Source of the DNA: a virus
DNA: 64,000 nucleotides
Strand: one strand, 5' to 3'
IMG/VR virus record: IMGVR_UViG_3300035698_006513
The translations under genes and the position numbers were made by a program. The notes under the pieces are model-generated. The model made no database searches. It was not told the origin of the DNA and was given only the letters and a program-made list of their open reading frames with translations. How positions within the stretch are numbered: the stretch's first letter is position 1; every line of letters starts with the position of its first letter. Of the stretch, positions 37,392 through 46,711 are shown piece by piece.

Positions 37392-37577
37392 ATGCGTGTG
37401 TGTATAGACCTGTCTGAGCAGGACACGCAAATCATAGAGAATTTAAGAAAAGTTGTAGCGCAAAAACTGCGTGTTCGATTGACAAAAGAAGACGTAATAG
37501 AGTCAATACTCCACATCAGTATTGTAAACATGGAGAAGGAGATAACAGATGATCCTCCTAATGAAGAACCCGGATGA
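37392..37577 (+). CDS. small ribbon-helix-helix-like regulator
   Basis: GGAGGT RBS; strand-helix-helix pattern MRVCIDLSEQD...LTKEDVIESIL. Confidence 0.45.
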   Translation: MRVCIDLSEQDTQIIENLRKVVAQKLRVRLTKEDVIESILHISIVNMEKEITDDPPNEEPG

Positions 37578-40314
37578 AGCAGGAGAAATGTACATACAGA
37601 ATTGTATGGATTGGTCCGAGTACGCAGTCTACCTGGATAGAATGAAGAAGTTGGTACACACTGACCTCAGAGGATTACATATTTTCGGACGTAGAGGCCG
37701 ACTTGAGAGACGTAGGATTACTCTACATGGGGACGGTGTGTACATAGCTGCAATCTTAGCATTGTCTATGCATATACCTGTGGGTATTCAAGAAAACAAC
37801 TCCTGGGATAACGAATTCATATTATCCACGACAAGTAAGCAGCTTATGGATAATAGTCGTGTGTTCGAGAGTGTGAATTTTTATACTCCCCCAGAAACAG
37901 TAGTCCTAAATAGATCTAGGGAATCAATAAAAGCCTCTGCGCTATACGGTATACTGAGGCAGGGTGCTATCCGTGTTCCAGGAGAGTATATTAGGTTGTA
38001 CGACACGGTATCTAAAATAGATACCAACACATATGAAACACTCCGCAAGAGTTCATTCTGGTTATATGACCCTCATATACAAGTCGTGTCTGCAGCAATG
38101 GAAGCCTCCAGCAATATGCTGGGTTCAGAAGACTCTAGTGACAAACTTACTGCCACACATAATCCTGGAGTTCTCGTAACCTGTAGAGAGGCTGCTACAC
38201 TTATAGGCGAGCACACAGCAGCCGGACTCAGTACATTGGCCGAGAGTCATACAAGATTCGCAGCAGAAAAGCACAAAGTACTTAATGCACTGTTCCCTAA
38301 CAGTAGTAGGGTACGTATGTCTGAGCGGGAATTTCCCTTGGGATTCTGCTACATCAACTACAACGATAACGAGTACGATGCTGCACGAGGCAGTATGACA
38401 CCTCTTTGGGGAGTATCCTCATACGCGGAAGGAGAAATTACAACTGAGTATGGTCTTTCTGCAGAAGCAGCAGAAGAAAAAAATCTGCGTACCATAATGG
38501 TGCTAAACGACACTAAATATGGGTATTCACGTGTAAGGCCTGCGAATCCCCCTATGCGGTCTGCTAGATGGGACAGCGAAAGAAGGGTTTACATATTGCC
38601 GAGACACAGTGCCACTACCCGGTCAAATCAGCAGGAGATCATAGACTCAACACAACTGAGTACAGTTTCTGGAGAAGTAGTCAGTGAAATATTAGGAGGA
38701 GTCATGGAAGATGTAGGAGGTCGAACCATGATTCTCACTCAACTAACAAGTATGGGTGAGAATTGGGACGACATAAAATTGAAAGAAACAGGAGATTTGG
38801 TGGATATGTTAGCCGCCCGCAATCGCGTGGAAGATCCTCCAGCAGATAATAATGAGTACCTGCTGGAAGTGTTTGGAGACATGAGAATAGGACAAATCCC
38901 TACCCCGCAGGGAAGACAGATGTGGCAGAGTTTTTGGACTAAGTCATATGAACTCGCAGAGGAGATTACCGTGAGTGTATTAACCAGCACGCAAGACGTG
39001 CAGGACACAATATCCAGGGCGCTCAACGCTGTTAACAGTATGAATATGCAGCCTGCACAAGTGTTCGGAATAAACGGTACTGCGGAACTTGGACTTGCTA
39101 CTACCGAAGGGTGGGGAGCAGTGTCTCAAAAAATGTTAGAGAAGGTGGCGTGGCTAATACGTATAGATAAGCACCTACCCAAACATTACGACTCGTCTCC
39201 AACACCGCTCAAGAAGGTCCTCCTAGCTAAATTGCTACTAGGGCACGCCTTCGGGTCTGCTCCTAGAAGAGGGATACAGGATTTCGATTGGATGGATACT
39301 CGCCCCGATATAAATGAGTGGCACGCCGCTCTGGGTAAGCGGCTAGCAAGCCTAATGATTCGCGGTGATGTGTCTAGTATCAATGCAGAAGACTGTCTGG
39401 AGTTTAGCCTCAGAAGAAGCATGTCTCAGTATGGAGAGGTGGCAATACGGTTACTACGTGAGAACAAGCTCAACATGGTGAGCAGCGGTTTCCGCAGCAT
39501 CTACGAAGCTATGGGTATTACTGACATGCGGAGTCACAGAGCATCAATGATGTACAGAGGAGGCATGTTTAGTGTCTACACACCGGTAGAAACTATCGCC
39601 TGGGTAGAAGTGGTACCCGACAGCGTTCCTGTGACTTCCAGCGTCAAAGCAATACTTGCTACTGTGATAGGTACTAACTTGATGCGTTCGGGAAGACTTG
39701 ACTGGGACTTGAATGCCAAGCTGCGGGGGCACGACGAGTTTATCTTCACGAAGGTAGGACAACATCCCAAACGCATTGGGGAGTTATACCTAGCCGAAGG
39801 ACACATACAAGAAGCCGTAGCTAACTCTGCACCTATTCTCCGGATGCTTAAGGATGGAGCAAGACAGTTAGGGGTATCTGTGTCCCGAAACAGTTGCCAA
39901 GAACTGATCAACTGGCCTCCAGAACTTCGTACGGTCGAGAAGCAACGCTTCGCTGGGTTATTGAATGTAGAGATGGTCGATGACAAAGAGGGGTGGCGAG
40001 GTAAACTCGGACTCAACCAGTTAATACCACTCTACCTCATATCCACAATCATGTGTGTCAAGCCCGAACTCATACCAGAAGAGGAGATAGGTATATTACG
40101 CACAGTGCTACTCAAAATGGGCGGAGGAACGGAAGAGTCTGCCAACGAGGTAGATCGTGAAGCAGACGCAGACGTATGGAGAAATCTACTTAAGAATATT
40201 GGCAACATCCGTATCCGCACGAACGTAATAAACGATGCGCCGGAAGATGTGGTGTCTGCTCTCCTCATGGGAGAGATGTCTGTGTGTAACAATGGACTTG
40301 TCGACCTAGACTAA
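37549..40314 (+). CDS. large hypothetical protein (921 aa)
   Basis: Long ORF with AGGAG RBS; no motif recognised. Confidence 0.8.
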   Translation: MILLMKNPDEAGEMYIQNCMDWSEYAVYLDRMKKLVHTDLRGLHIFGRRGRLERRRITLHGDGVYIAAILALSMHIPVGIQENNSWDNEFILSTTSKQLMDNSRVFESVNFYTPPETVVLNRSRESIKASALYGILRQGAIRVPGEYIRLYDTVSKIDTNTYETLRKSSFWLYDPHIQVVSAAMEASSNMLGSEDSSDKLTATHNPGVLVTCREAATLIGEHTAAGLSTLAESHTRFAAEKHKVLNALFPNSSRVRMSEREFPLGFCYINYNDNEYDAARGSMTPLWGVSSYAEGEITTEYGLSAEAAEEKNLRTIMVLNDTKYGYSRVRPANPPMRSARWDSERRVYILPRHSATTRSNQQEIIDSTQLSTVSGEVVSEILGGVMEDVGGRTMILTQLTSMGENWDDIKLKETGDLVDMLAARNRVEDPPADNNEYLLEVFGDMRIGQIPTPQGRQMWQSFWTKSYELAEEITVSVLTSTQDVQDTISRALNAVNSMNMQPAQVFGINGTAELGLATTEGWGAVSQKMLEKVAWLIRIDKHLPKHYDSSPTPLKKVLLAKLLLGHAFGSAPRRGIQDFDWMDTRPDINEWHAALGKRLASLMIRGDVSSINAEDCLEFSLRRSMSQYGEVAIRLLRENKLNMVSSGFRSIYEAMGITDMRSHRASMMYRGGMFSVYTPVETIAWVEVVPDSVPVTSSVKAILATVIGTNLMRSGRLDWDLNAKLRGHDEFIFTKVGQHPKRIGELYLAEGHIQEAVANSAPILRMLKDGARQLGVSVSRNSCQELINWPPELRTVEKQRFAGLLNVEMVDDKEGWRGKLGLNQLIPLYLISTIMCVKPELIPEEEIGILRTVLLKMGGGTEESANEVDREADADVWRNLLKNIGNIRIRTNVINDAPEDVVSALLMGEMSVCNNGLVDLD

Positions 40315-40372
40315 CAGAATATACAGCCCTGTACTAAAACACTCCGTACAGGGTCGTACTCAGGATATAATC

Positions 40373-40858
40373 ATGATTCGTAAATTCATACGCAAACTCG
40401 CAGCCCGCATAATGCGCACAAAAAAAGACCTAAGAACAAAAACAGTGAAACTTGCTACTACAGTCACTCAAGACGACTGGAAGAGAATACTCGTCGCGTG
40501 GAAAGGGGCTGTAAAGCCTGAGCCACATGAGAGTCTCAACAAGTCCGCACTGTTACGAGAACTGCTGTTCTTGTTCCGTGACTACGGAGATGAACTCACA
40601 CATGTGTGTCTCCCTCTTATTGGCCCAGACGCCCCAATTGTATGGGAGGACGAGCTATATAAGGCATTGGTAGGTTCTATGAAAGACGCAGACGACGCAG
40701 ACGAGATGTGGAATAATAGTGACGATGAGTTCTACGCAGGGTTCGCTTCTGCACTCTCTACATTAGAAGAGTACGAAAAAGCGAATAACCTGGAGCTACA
40801 ATTTCCAGAATTGTATAAAACGTTACACGCAACACTTGTAGTAGCAGGGGAAGAATAG
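40373..40858 (+). CDS. hypothetical protein
   Basis: 161 aa; basic N-terminus and acidic C-terminus. Confidence 0.7.
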   Translation: MIRKFIRKLAARIMRTKKDLRTKTVKLATTVTQDDWKRILVAWKGAVKPEPHESLNKSALLRELLFLFRDYGDELTHVCLPLIGPDAPIVWEDELYKALVGSMKDADDADEMWNNSDDEFYAGFASALSTLEEYEKANNLELQFPELYKTLHATLVVAGEE

Positions 40859-40880
40859 GTGTAGTTGGGGGAGGGGGAAG

Positions 40881-40915
40881 AAATAGCCGCACATATCTGC
40901 TGCGGCTATTTTTTT
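40881..40915. terminator. intrinsic terminator (likely bidirectional)
   Basis: AAATAGCCGCA-loop-TGCGGCTATTTTTTT between convergent genes. Confidence 0.75.
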
Positions 40916-41648
40916 AGTCAGACCCGCGGAGGAGTTCTAGTTCTGAGGCTTCCTTAGCAGTCATGAGCTTGAGAGCTTTAACGCGGACGGGAACAATTCT
41001 CTCGAATTGAAGTGCCACAGTTTCTTGAATCATAACACCTTGTGCGTCTGTACCGAGGTTATGTGTAGGCACATAAGCCTGCTCACAGTAACAGGAGCCT
41101 AGCGTATCCATGTTTGAGTCTTTGAAAATCAACAGCAACCCGATAGGCTGAGTAAACAAATCACTCAACAAGTTGATGTAGAAGTTCTCATACCCAGGAG
41201 ACTGGATGACGTCGTGTTTGTTGGCGACATTGAGGATACCCACGTTGGGGAACACACTGTCGATTTTCACGGGGCCGATACCATCTTCGTAGTACGAGTA
41301 GAGCATACGAAGGAGGGAAGGTCCGTGATACATGACGCGACTGAGAGACATCTGGTTGATGTTACGCGCACGAAGGAAGAACCCACGCACAGAGCCGATC
41401 TCAAATATCTCAATGAACTGCCCGTTCTGAGAGATGTTGAGTTGCTGGGTGAGGCCGATAGGATATGCGAGCTCATCCCCTCCACCCGGCTGACTCAGAG
41501 CGGCAGCTGCTTGGAGCTGTCCACCTAAGTTAGCCAAGCGGGGAGGACCGGCAGCGATCATGGTGTACGCTGCATTAGCGAATTGACCATCTTTGAAGCC
41601 ACCTTGTACATACCTATCGTACGGAGACCACTGCGAAAGATAAGACAT
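40914..41648 (-). CDS. tail tube protein
   Basis: Directly follows the sheath; beta-rich with IFEIGS and IQETVALQFE motifs typical of myovirus tubes. Confidence 0.7.
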   Translation of the reverse strand: MSYLSQWSPYDRYVQGGFKDGQFANAAYTMIAAGPPRLANLGGQLQAAAALSQPGGGDELAYPIGLTQQLNISQNGQFIEIFEIGSVRGFFLRARNINQMSLSRVMYHGPSLLRMLYSYYEDGIGPVKIDSVFPNVGILNVANKHDVIQSPGYENFYINLLSDLFTQPIGLLLIFKDSNMDTLGSCYCEQAYVPTHNLGTDAQGVMIQETVALQFERIVPVRVKALKLMTAKEASELELLRGSD

Positions 41649-41659
41649 AATGCAGCTCC

Positions 41660-44443
41660 TTAGAGTACGATTTGAATGTCAGCCAGGTTACACGGGTACG
41701 TGAGAGTAGGCTGGATACGGAGAATAACCCCAGTTTTGGAACCGGGCTTACGTTTGTATTCGATGACCTCTGCACCACGCCACGCACTATTACCCACGAT
41801 GAATCGGACTAACCCTTCAAACGCAGCTAAAAAGAGATCGTCGAAGTTGTCGCCAAGACCCTGCACACCAATGAACTCGGTGAGCCCACGTTTGAGTACA
41901 ATACTTCCCCAGTCAAGCTGAGTAGTAATGGACTCTTCCCGGGTATCTTCGCTGGTGGGGTCGGTGGTAGCCTGATGCCAACGCTTAACAGGAATACCTG
42001 CTTCTCCAGGGGGTTCCTGAACGAAGAGGTAGTTGTTGTAACCTATCACCTTAAGGTTACGCTCATCAAACACATCGTTAGCGTCCCAGATCTGACTGAA
42101 ACCGTCCAACTTGTAATTGGTCTTACCTTGTGCAGGACCGATGTAACAGAGTTGGGCTGCTGCTGCAGCAGAGGCGTAGTAACCAGCGACAGTAATAGTC
42201 TTGCTATCACCATCGACCATCGACCATCTGTTAGGGACCACACTGCGGGTACGACGATTCTTGTAGTTAGTTGCACCTAACTGATAGGTTTCAGCAACAG
42301 TATCCCAATCAGTAACATTACCGGACAAAGCTACAATGGCCACACCTCGTACTGACAGAGTCCAAGACTTAGCCAAGTAGTTAGCAGGGATATGGGAAGC
42401 TGAGTAGAACCCATCAGTATTCTGACCGGGGGTGAATGTGGTGTTACTAGTGCACTGCATACCAGCCACAGCGGCAATGTTGTAGCGCTTGGTGTCGCCT
42501 ACAAACATTATATAAACACCTTCCGCTACCGTTGGGTTGTTGGGGTCAACAACTAAACCTGTGGCGAGGAGTGCGGATACGATGTCTGTCTCCACCTGAA
42601 TGGTGTTGGACCCTGTGGATGAGGCGTCTGTACCAGTGGCAGCAACTGTGGTTGATTTGCGATCTGGGAGGGAAGGTGTGATGTATGTTACTCGAAAACG
42701 GCTGTTTTCTTTCTTAGACATCTCTTCCACATGGAGGTTGAAATCAACATGTACATCTTCTTGATTGGTCAGAGGTACAGGGCAGTAGACATCTTGCGCT
42801 TTGAGGAAGTCCAACGCACGAAGATAAGCAGCTCTATCGCCCTCTTCATTAGCAGTAACAGAATCTACACCAAAACCAGCAATGTAGAGGTCAGGGGCCG
42901 CTGTCATCATAGCTAGCATGGACAACCCTAATGGGTTCTCAGTAGTGAATGGGCCAATGTCTGCTTCTAAGGTAGTGGGGTCACTACCTCTAGCTAACTT
43001 GGGAGTAGATGCTAACACAGTAACATCTTTACGTAGTGCTCTGTACTGAACATACGCAGTAGCTAATGCAGGGTTGATTACAGCACTGCTGTACTTATCT
43101 CTAAGAAAGTCACCTTCAATAACGAGGTCACCAGTAGAGACGCCTTCCACAGAATCGTTAGTCACGAAACCTAGATCGGCGTTGGAGGTACCTGCTCCGA
43201 TGTAAACTCTACTCGTATTCCCAGTAGTGGGGGACGAGATTAGTACGCTAGTACCAGATGGTGCAGCAACAGCTGCACCATAAGCGAGGTTGATTTCGCT
43301 CAAGATGGTAGCAAGGTTGATTGTTCCTGAGAACGTACAAGTAGTCCAACCAGTTTCCTCATCCAGTTTGAAGATGAGCGTCTTGTTCAACAGAGCAACA
43401 GTACCGCCGATTGCGACTATACCTAAGATGACTGCTTTAGTGGAGGAGGGGTACTTGTAAAGTTCTGGTGTAGGTCGGTCTCCTACTGCAGGTACGGTTA
43501 GACTCTTGGCCCTAATATACCAACGCTTTGCGTCCAGCTCACCTGGGTTAGACCCTGTGTACACAACGTGTTCGGTGTCCAACGTGACTTGAGTAGCTCC
43601 GTCAACACTGACGATGTCCCCAAGGTATTGGCCATCTGCGTACATTTCGTCGCCAGCCACTGGAGGGTGTGCCCCACCGTAACTAGGAGTAGCAGCAGCA
43701 CCCATTAAGGTTGTGTATGCTGTAGAAGCGCTGGTGTCAAACTCAATGGAGGAAGTCTCACCAGTTGTTTGGGATGTAAACACAAGGAAGTTACCCGGAG
43801 CAGCGGCTATGGCACCGGAATTGTGTGCAGCTACCCAAGCTAAATTGATCTCTGCAAATAGTGCTGCAAGACTAGCAGGGCTAATTGTCCAAGAGATACT
43901 TACCCACGATCCTTTGTCTACACGGAACTTGAGGCCAAGTCCCACAAGGGATGGAACTGCTGCAGAGAGATCCACAAGACCTGTAATCACAGCAGCAGTA
44001 GATGGTGTAGTAAATACAGGAAGAGGTAATCCACCTGTAATAGAGATAACCGGACTACGGAGAAGACCTACACCAACAGCGCGTACAGAAGTTGCTGCGG
44101 TTGTATAGTTTCCACTAAGCCATCTTTCGTCGTCCTTAACTTCACGAACATCCGCACCTGATTGTAAGAAGGCGCGAGTCTCGTCTACTAAGAAGGTAAG
44201 ATACGCGAGGTTACTACGGGGGTCTGGGAAGTCATACGATTTAATAACCGCATCTGCGTTGTTGTACGACCCTGCGCTGGAAGCACTCACGGGAGAACCC
44301 TGCGAGTCAAGGGCTTTGACGACCTGATAACAGGGACCAACTGCTACAGGCGTCAGCGTCGGGTTAATGCGAACACCAGGGATAGGTTCGATAATCTGTT
44401 CGACCTGCACTCCCGCGCGTTCTATGGTGTTAATTGTGGTCAT
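41660..44443 (-). CDS. contractile tail sheath protein
   Basis: 927 aa; N-terminal RAGVQVEQ and C-terminal HQATTD...REESI...LTYPCNLADIQIVL sheath signature. Confidence 0.8.
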   Translation of the reverse strand: MTTINTIERAGVQVEQIIEPIPGVRINPTLTPVAVGPCYQVVKALDSQGSPVSASSAGSYNNADAVIKSYDFPDPRSNLAYLTFLVDETRAFLQSGADVREVKDDERWLSGNYTTAATSVRAVGVGLLRSPVISITGGLPLPVFTTPSTAAVITGLVDLSAAVPSLVGLGLKFRVDKGSWVSISWTISPASLAALFAEINLAWVAAHNSGAIAAAPGNFLVFTSQTTGETSSIEFDTSASTAYTTLMGAAATPSYGGAHPPVAGDEMYADGQYLGDIVSVDGATQVTLDTEHVVYTGSNPGELDAKRWYIRAKSLTVPAVGDRPTPELYKYPSSTKAVILGIVAIGGTVALLNKTLIFKLDEETGWTTCTFSGTINLATILSEINLAYGAAVAAPSGTSVLISSPTTGNTSRVYIGAGTSNADLGFVTNDSVEGVSTGDLVIEGDFLRDKYSSAVINPALATAYVQYRALRKDVTVLASTPKLARGSDPTTLEADIGPFTTENPLGLSMLAMMTAAPDLYIAGFGVDSVTANEEGDRAAYLRALDFLKAQDVYCPVPLTNQEDVHVDFNLHVEEMSKKENSRFRVTYITPSLPDRKSTTVAATGTDASSTGSNTIQVETDIVSALLATGLVVDPNNPTVAEGVYIMFVGDTKRYNIAAVAGMQCTSNTTFTPGQNTDGFYSASHIPANYLAKSWTLSVRGVAIVALSGNVTDWDTVAETYQLGATNYKNRRTRSVVPNRWSMVDGDSKTITVAGYYASAAAAAQLCYIGPAQGKTNYKLDGFSQIWDANDVFDERNLKVIGYNNYLFVQEPPGEAGIPVKRWHQATTDPTSEDTREESITTQLDWGSIVLKRGLTEFIGVQGLGDNFDDLFLAAFEGLVRFIVGNSAWRGAEVIEYKRKPGSKTGVILRIQPTLTYPCNLADIQIVL

Positions 44444-45162
44444 CAGGATTCTCCTCTTTCATGTAAGAATGTCTGGATGACAGTTTCTACCTCATCAACG
44501 AGCTCTACTTCGATACTTTCCAACTTTGCTTGTAGTTTGTCAGTAGATTCCCATGAGTATTGGAAGCTGTAGTTAAAAGACACAGGACAAAATACCCACT
44601 CGGGTTCTGTCGTAGATACTAATGCATCAGGAGCGGGGGTGACTGCTCCAATTACAGGCTCACCCAATGAGTGGAAACCTAAGCCTGTGATCAATGTTTT
44701 ACATTCCTGCAGCCAGAACCAAGTCAGCCATGCTATATGCTCTGCTTCGTCGGGGGTACGGGAACAACAATTCAGGGTTATACCGCCTGAAAGTAAGTGT
44801 GTTTTTTGTTGGTAATTATTGGATAGAGTGGCCGTCTGCACATTTGCACCAGCCCCCATACCCCTGTAATTACCTGCAGTGTTCTCCCTACTATATATAA
44901 TAGCAGGACGCAGTTCTGCCGTATCAGGTTTGAATGGGGCCTTGCCTGATATTATGAGACCACTGTCCACATGTACCTGTTTGTTCTCACCCTCCAGGTA
45001 CACATAAGATGGGTCATCCGAAGCAGCATACACTTCTTTGAGCCATCTAATCATAACTCTACGTAAAAAACGAAAGGGTGAGTATTGAAACGCATGTATC
45101 ATCATACGACGCTTTTCAATAATCTCCCTATTACTTAGTTGAGTCATCTTGGTTGGCCCCAT
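44443..45162 (-). CDS. tail completion/terminator-like neck protein
   Basis: Lies before the sheath; RPAIIYSR and ITLNCCSR...EAEHIA pattern. Confidence 0.5.
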   Translation of the reverse strand: MGPTKMTQLSNREIIEKRRMMIHAFQYSPFRFLRRVMIRWLKEVYAASDDPSYVYLEGENKQVHVDSGLIISGKAPFKPDTAELRPAIIYSRENTAGNYRGMGAGANVQTATLSNNYQQKTHLLSGGITLNCCSRTPDEAEHIAWLTWFWLQECKTLITGLGFHSLGEPVIGAVTPAPDALVSTTEPEWVFCPVSFNYSFQYSWESTDKLQAKLESIEVELVDEVETVIQTFLHERGES

Positions 45163-45659
45163 ACCACATCGGCAATATCTTCCGGTGTAGCGCCTTGGTT
45201 AACTAATACTTCTCTGCGAAATTCTGGGCTTATTGTACCTGATTCCGAAGTCATATGCACGGAAAAACCTCTGCGCTTAGGTTGTATTGCCTTTACTACT
45301 TTACGTACGCGGGCGTAGTCTTCATCAGGAACACGCAGTAAAACCTTACTGGCCATAGCACTCTGTACTGCAGCATCCCGCTGACGATCACGTTCACCCT
45401 TCAACCAAGTAAGAGCACCCGCAGTTAAACCTAAACCAACAGGTACCAATTTACTTTTTAATGCGTCTGGTATTTGGGGTATGAGTTTACCCGCAGCGAA
45501 TGTACCTGCAGCTGCACCCAAACCCACACCAGCTGCAATTGTCCCCGCTGCGGCAAGACGTCTACCCATAGAGGGCTGCTCCGTGTCACCGTAATTAGCC
45601 GACACAACCTCTTCAGCTGCGGACAATTTAGCTAATGTGTCTAAATATGAGTCAATCAT
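45144..45659 (-). CDS. glycine-zipper membrane protein
   Basis: Two Gly/Ala-rich hydrophobic helices; N-terminal AKLSAA. Confidence 0.6.
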   Translation of the reverse strand: MIDSYLDTLAKLSAAEEVVSANYGDTEQPSMGRRLAAAGTIAAGVGLGAAAGTFAAGKLIPQIPDALKSKLVPVGLGLTAGALTWLKGERDRQRDAAVQSAMASKVLLRVPDEDYARVRKVVKAIQPKRRGFSVHMTSESGTISPEFRREVLVNQGATPEDIADVVWGQPR

Positions 45660-46546
45660 ATCAACTTAACTCCTCCGAACATCCCCAAAAGTTCCCTAAC
45701 ATCATCATCAGAAAGTACATCATCACTAGTGGGGTTAGTAAGAACCCTTGTGTCTACTTCCGTATCGTACCGTGTTAGGTCACCTACGTCTATGGGTATC
45801 TTGTATTCTACATCCCCCCTGGGGATCTCATGTAGAATGATGTTCTGCTCGAAAGGTGACGCACGGTGCTCGGTTGTGACAACTTTCTCTACACGGAATC
45901 TTTTATTCTCAGAGGTAACTACAATGTCGCCCTGTTTTGCAGGAGGGAAATTAGACATACGACCCGATGTATTATTCTGTGTGAGTTTGGCTGTATCTGT
46001 ACTCCGAGTATCACTATCCACCTCTGCTACATCAATCTCAGTGCGTATGGGACTTAGGTATCCTCCCGCACGTTCTGTATCAAAACAATCTTCGCACCTA
46101 CTGCGGAATTTCGTACCAGATTCCATGTCCACGCAAGATATACAAGGCATACCTATTGTACGAATAGGTACCAAGAACGCCATACGTCCCGAGTACATCA
46201 GTTCCATCCGCACCTGACGAATAAGCTCCATACCAACTAAACCTGGTGCTGCGCGTAGACTACCTGGACCTAGCCTGTTTACTTCGGAAGGATTAGTGAT
46301 TGCACGTACTTCAACACAGTAATACAATGTGCGTGTGCGGCTAATCATAGAGGTGATATTATCTCTAAGATAATGCACACCTTGTATCCAACCTGTTAAC
46401 GCGCTCCAAGGACCTGCTGCTGATTCAGATCTTACTACACGCCACTCATGGTCACGCTCGTCGTAATCGCTGTCAGAGAATTCCCAGAATATATCTAACC
46501 AGTTGTACTCGAAGGATCTGACGGTTATGTTTGCAGATGAAATCAT
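45656..46546 (-). CDS. head closure/neck protein with FN3-like N-terminal domain
   Basis: W...WRVVRSES..GPW...LYYCV beta domain; CxxC...CxxC; GDIVVTSENKRFRV. Confidence 0.5.
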   Translation of the reverse strand: MISSANITVRSFEYNWLDIFWEFSDSDYDERDHEWRVVRSESAAGPWSALTGWIQGVHYLRDNITSMISRTRTLYYCVEVRAITNPSEVNRLGPGSLRAAPGLVGMELIRQVRMELMYSGRMAFLVPIRTIGMPCISCVDMESGTKFRSRCEDCFDTERAGGYLSPIRTEIDVAEVDSDTRSTDTAKLTQNNTSGRMSNFPPAKQGDIVVTSENKRFRVEKVVTTEHRASPFEQNIILHEIPRGDVEYKIPIDVGDLTRYDTEVDTRVLTNPTSDDVLSDDDVRELLGMFGGVKLI

Positions 46547-46606
46547 GATACTCTGCCTAAGTTAGGGTATAAGAGTACAGAAACTATAAACTAAAAGGAG
46601 TCTATC

Positions 46607-46711
46607 ATGTTGCGCTGCCTAGTTACTGCGCTAGTGCTATTATTACTCGGTGATTGGCGAGGGTGTATATTCGTACTAAAGACTGCGTGCGGCATATCTA
46701 AATTCCGCTAA
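46607..46711 (+). CDS. 34-aa hydrophobic peptide (not in ORF track)
   Basis: AAAAGGAG RBS; MLRCLVTALVLLLLGDWRGCIFVLKTACGISKFR. Confidence 0.45.
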   Translation: MLRCLVTALVLLLLGDWRGCIFVLKTACGISKFR

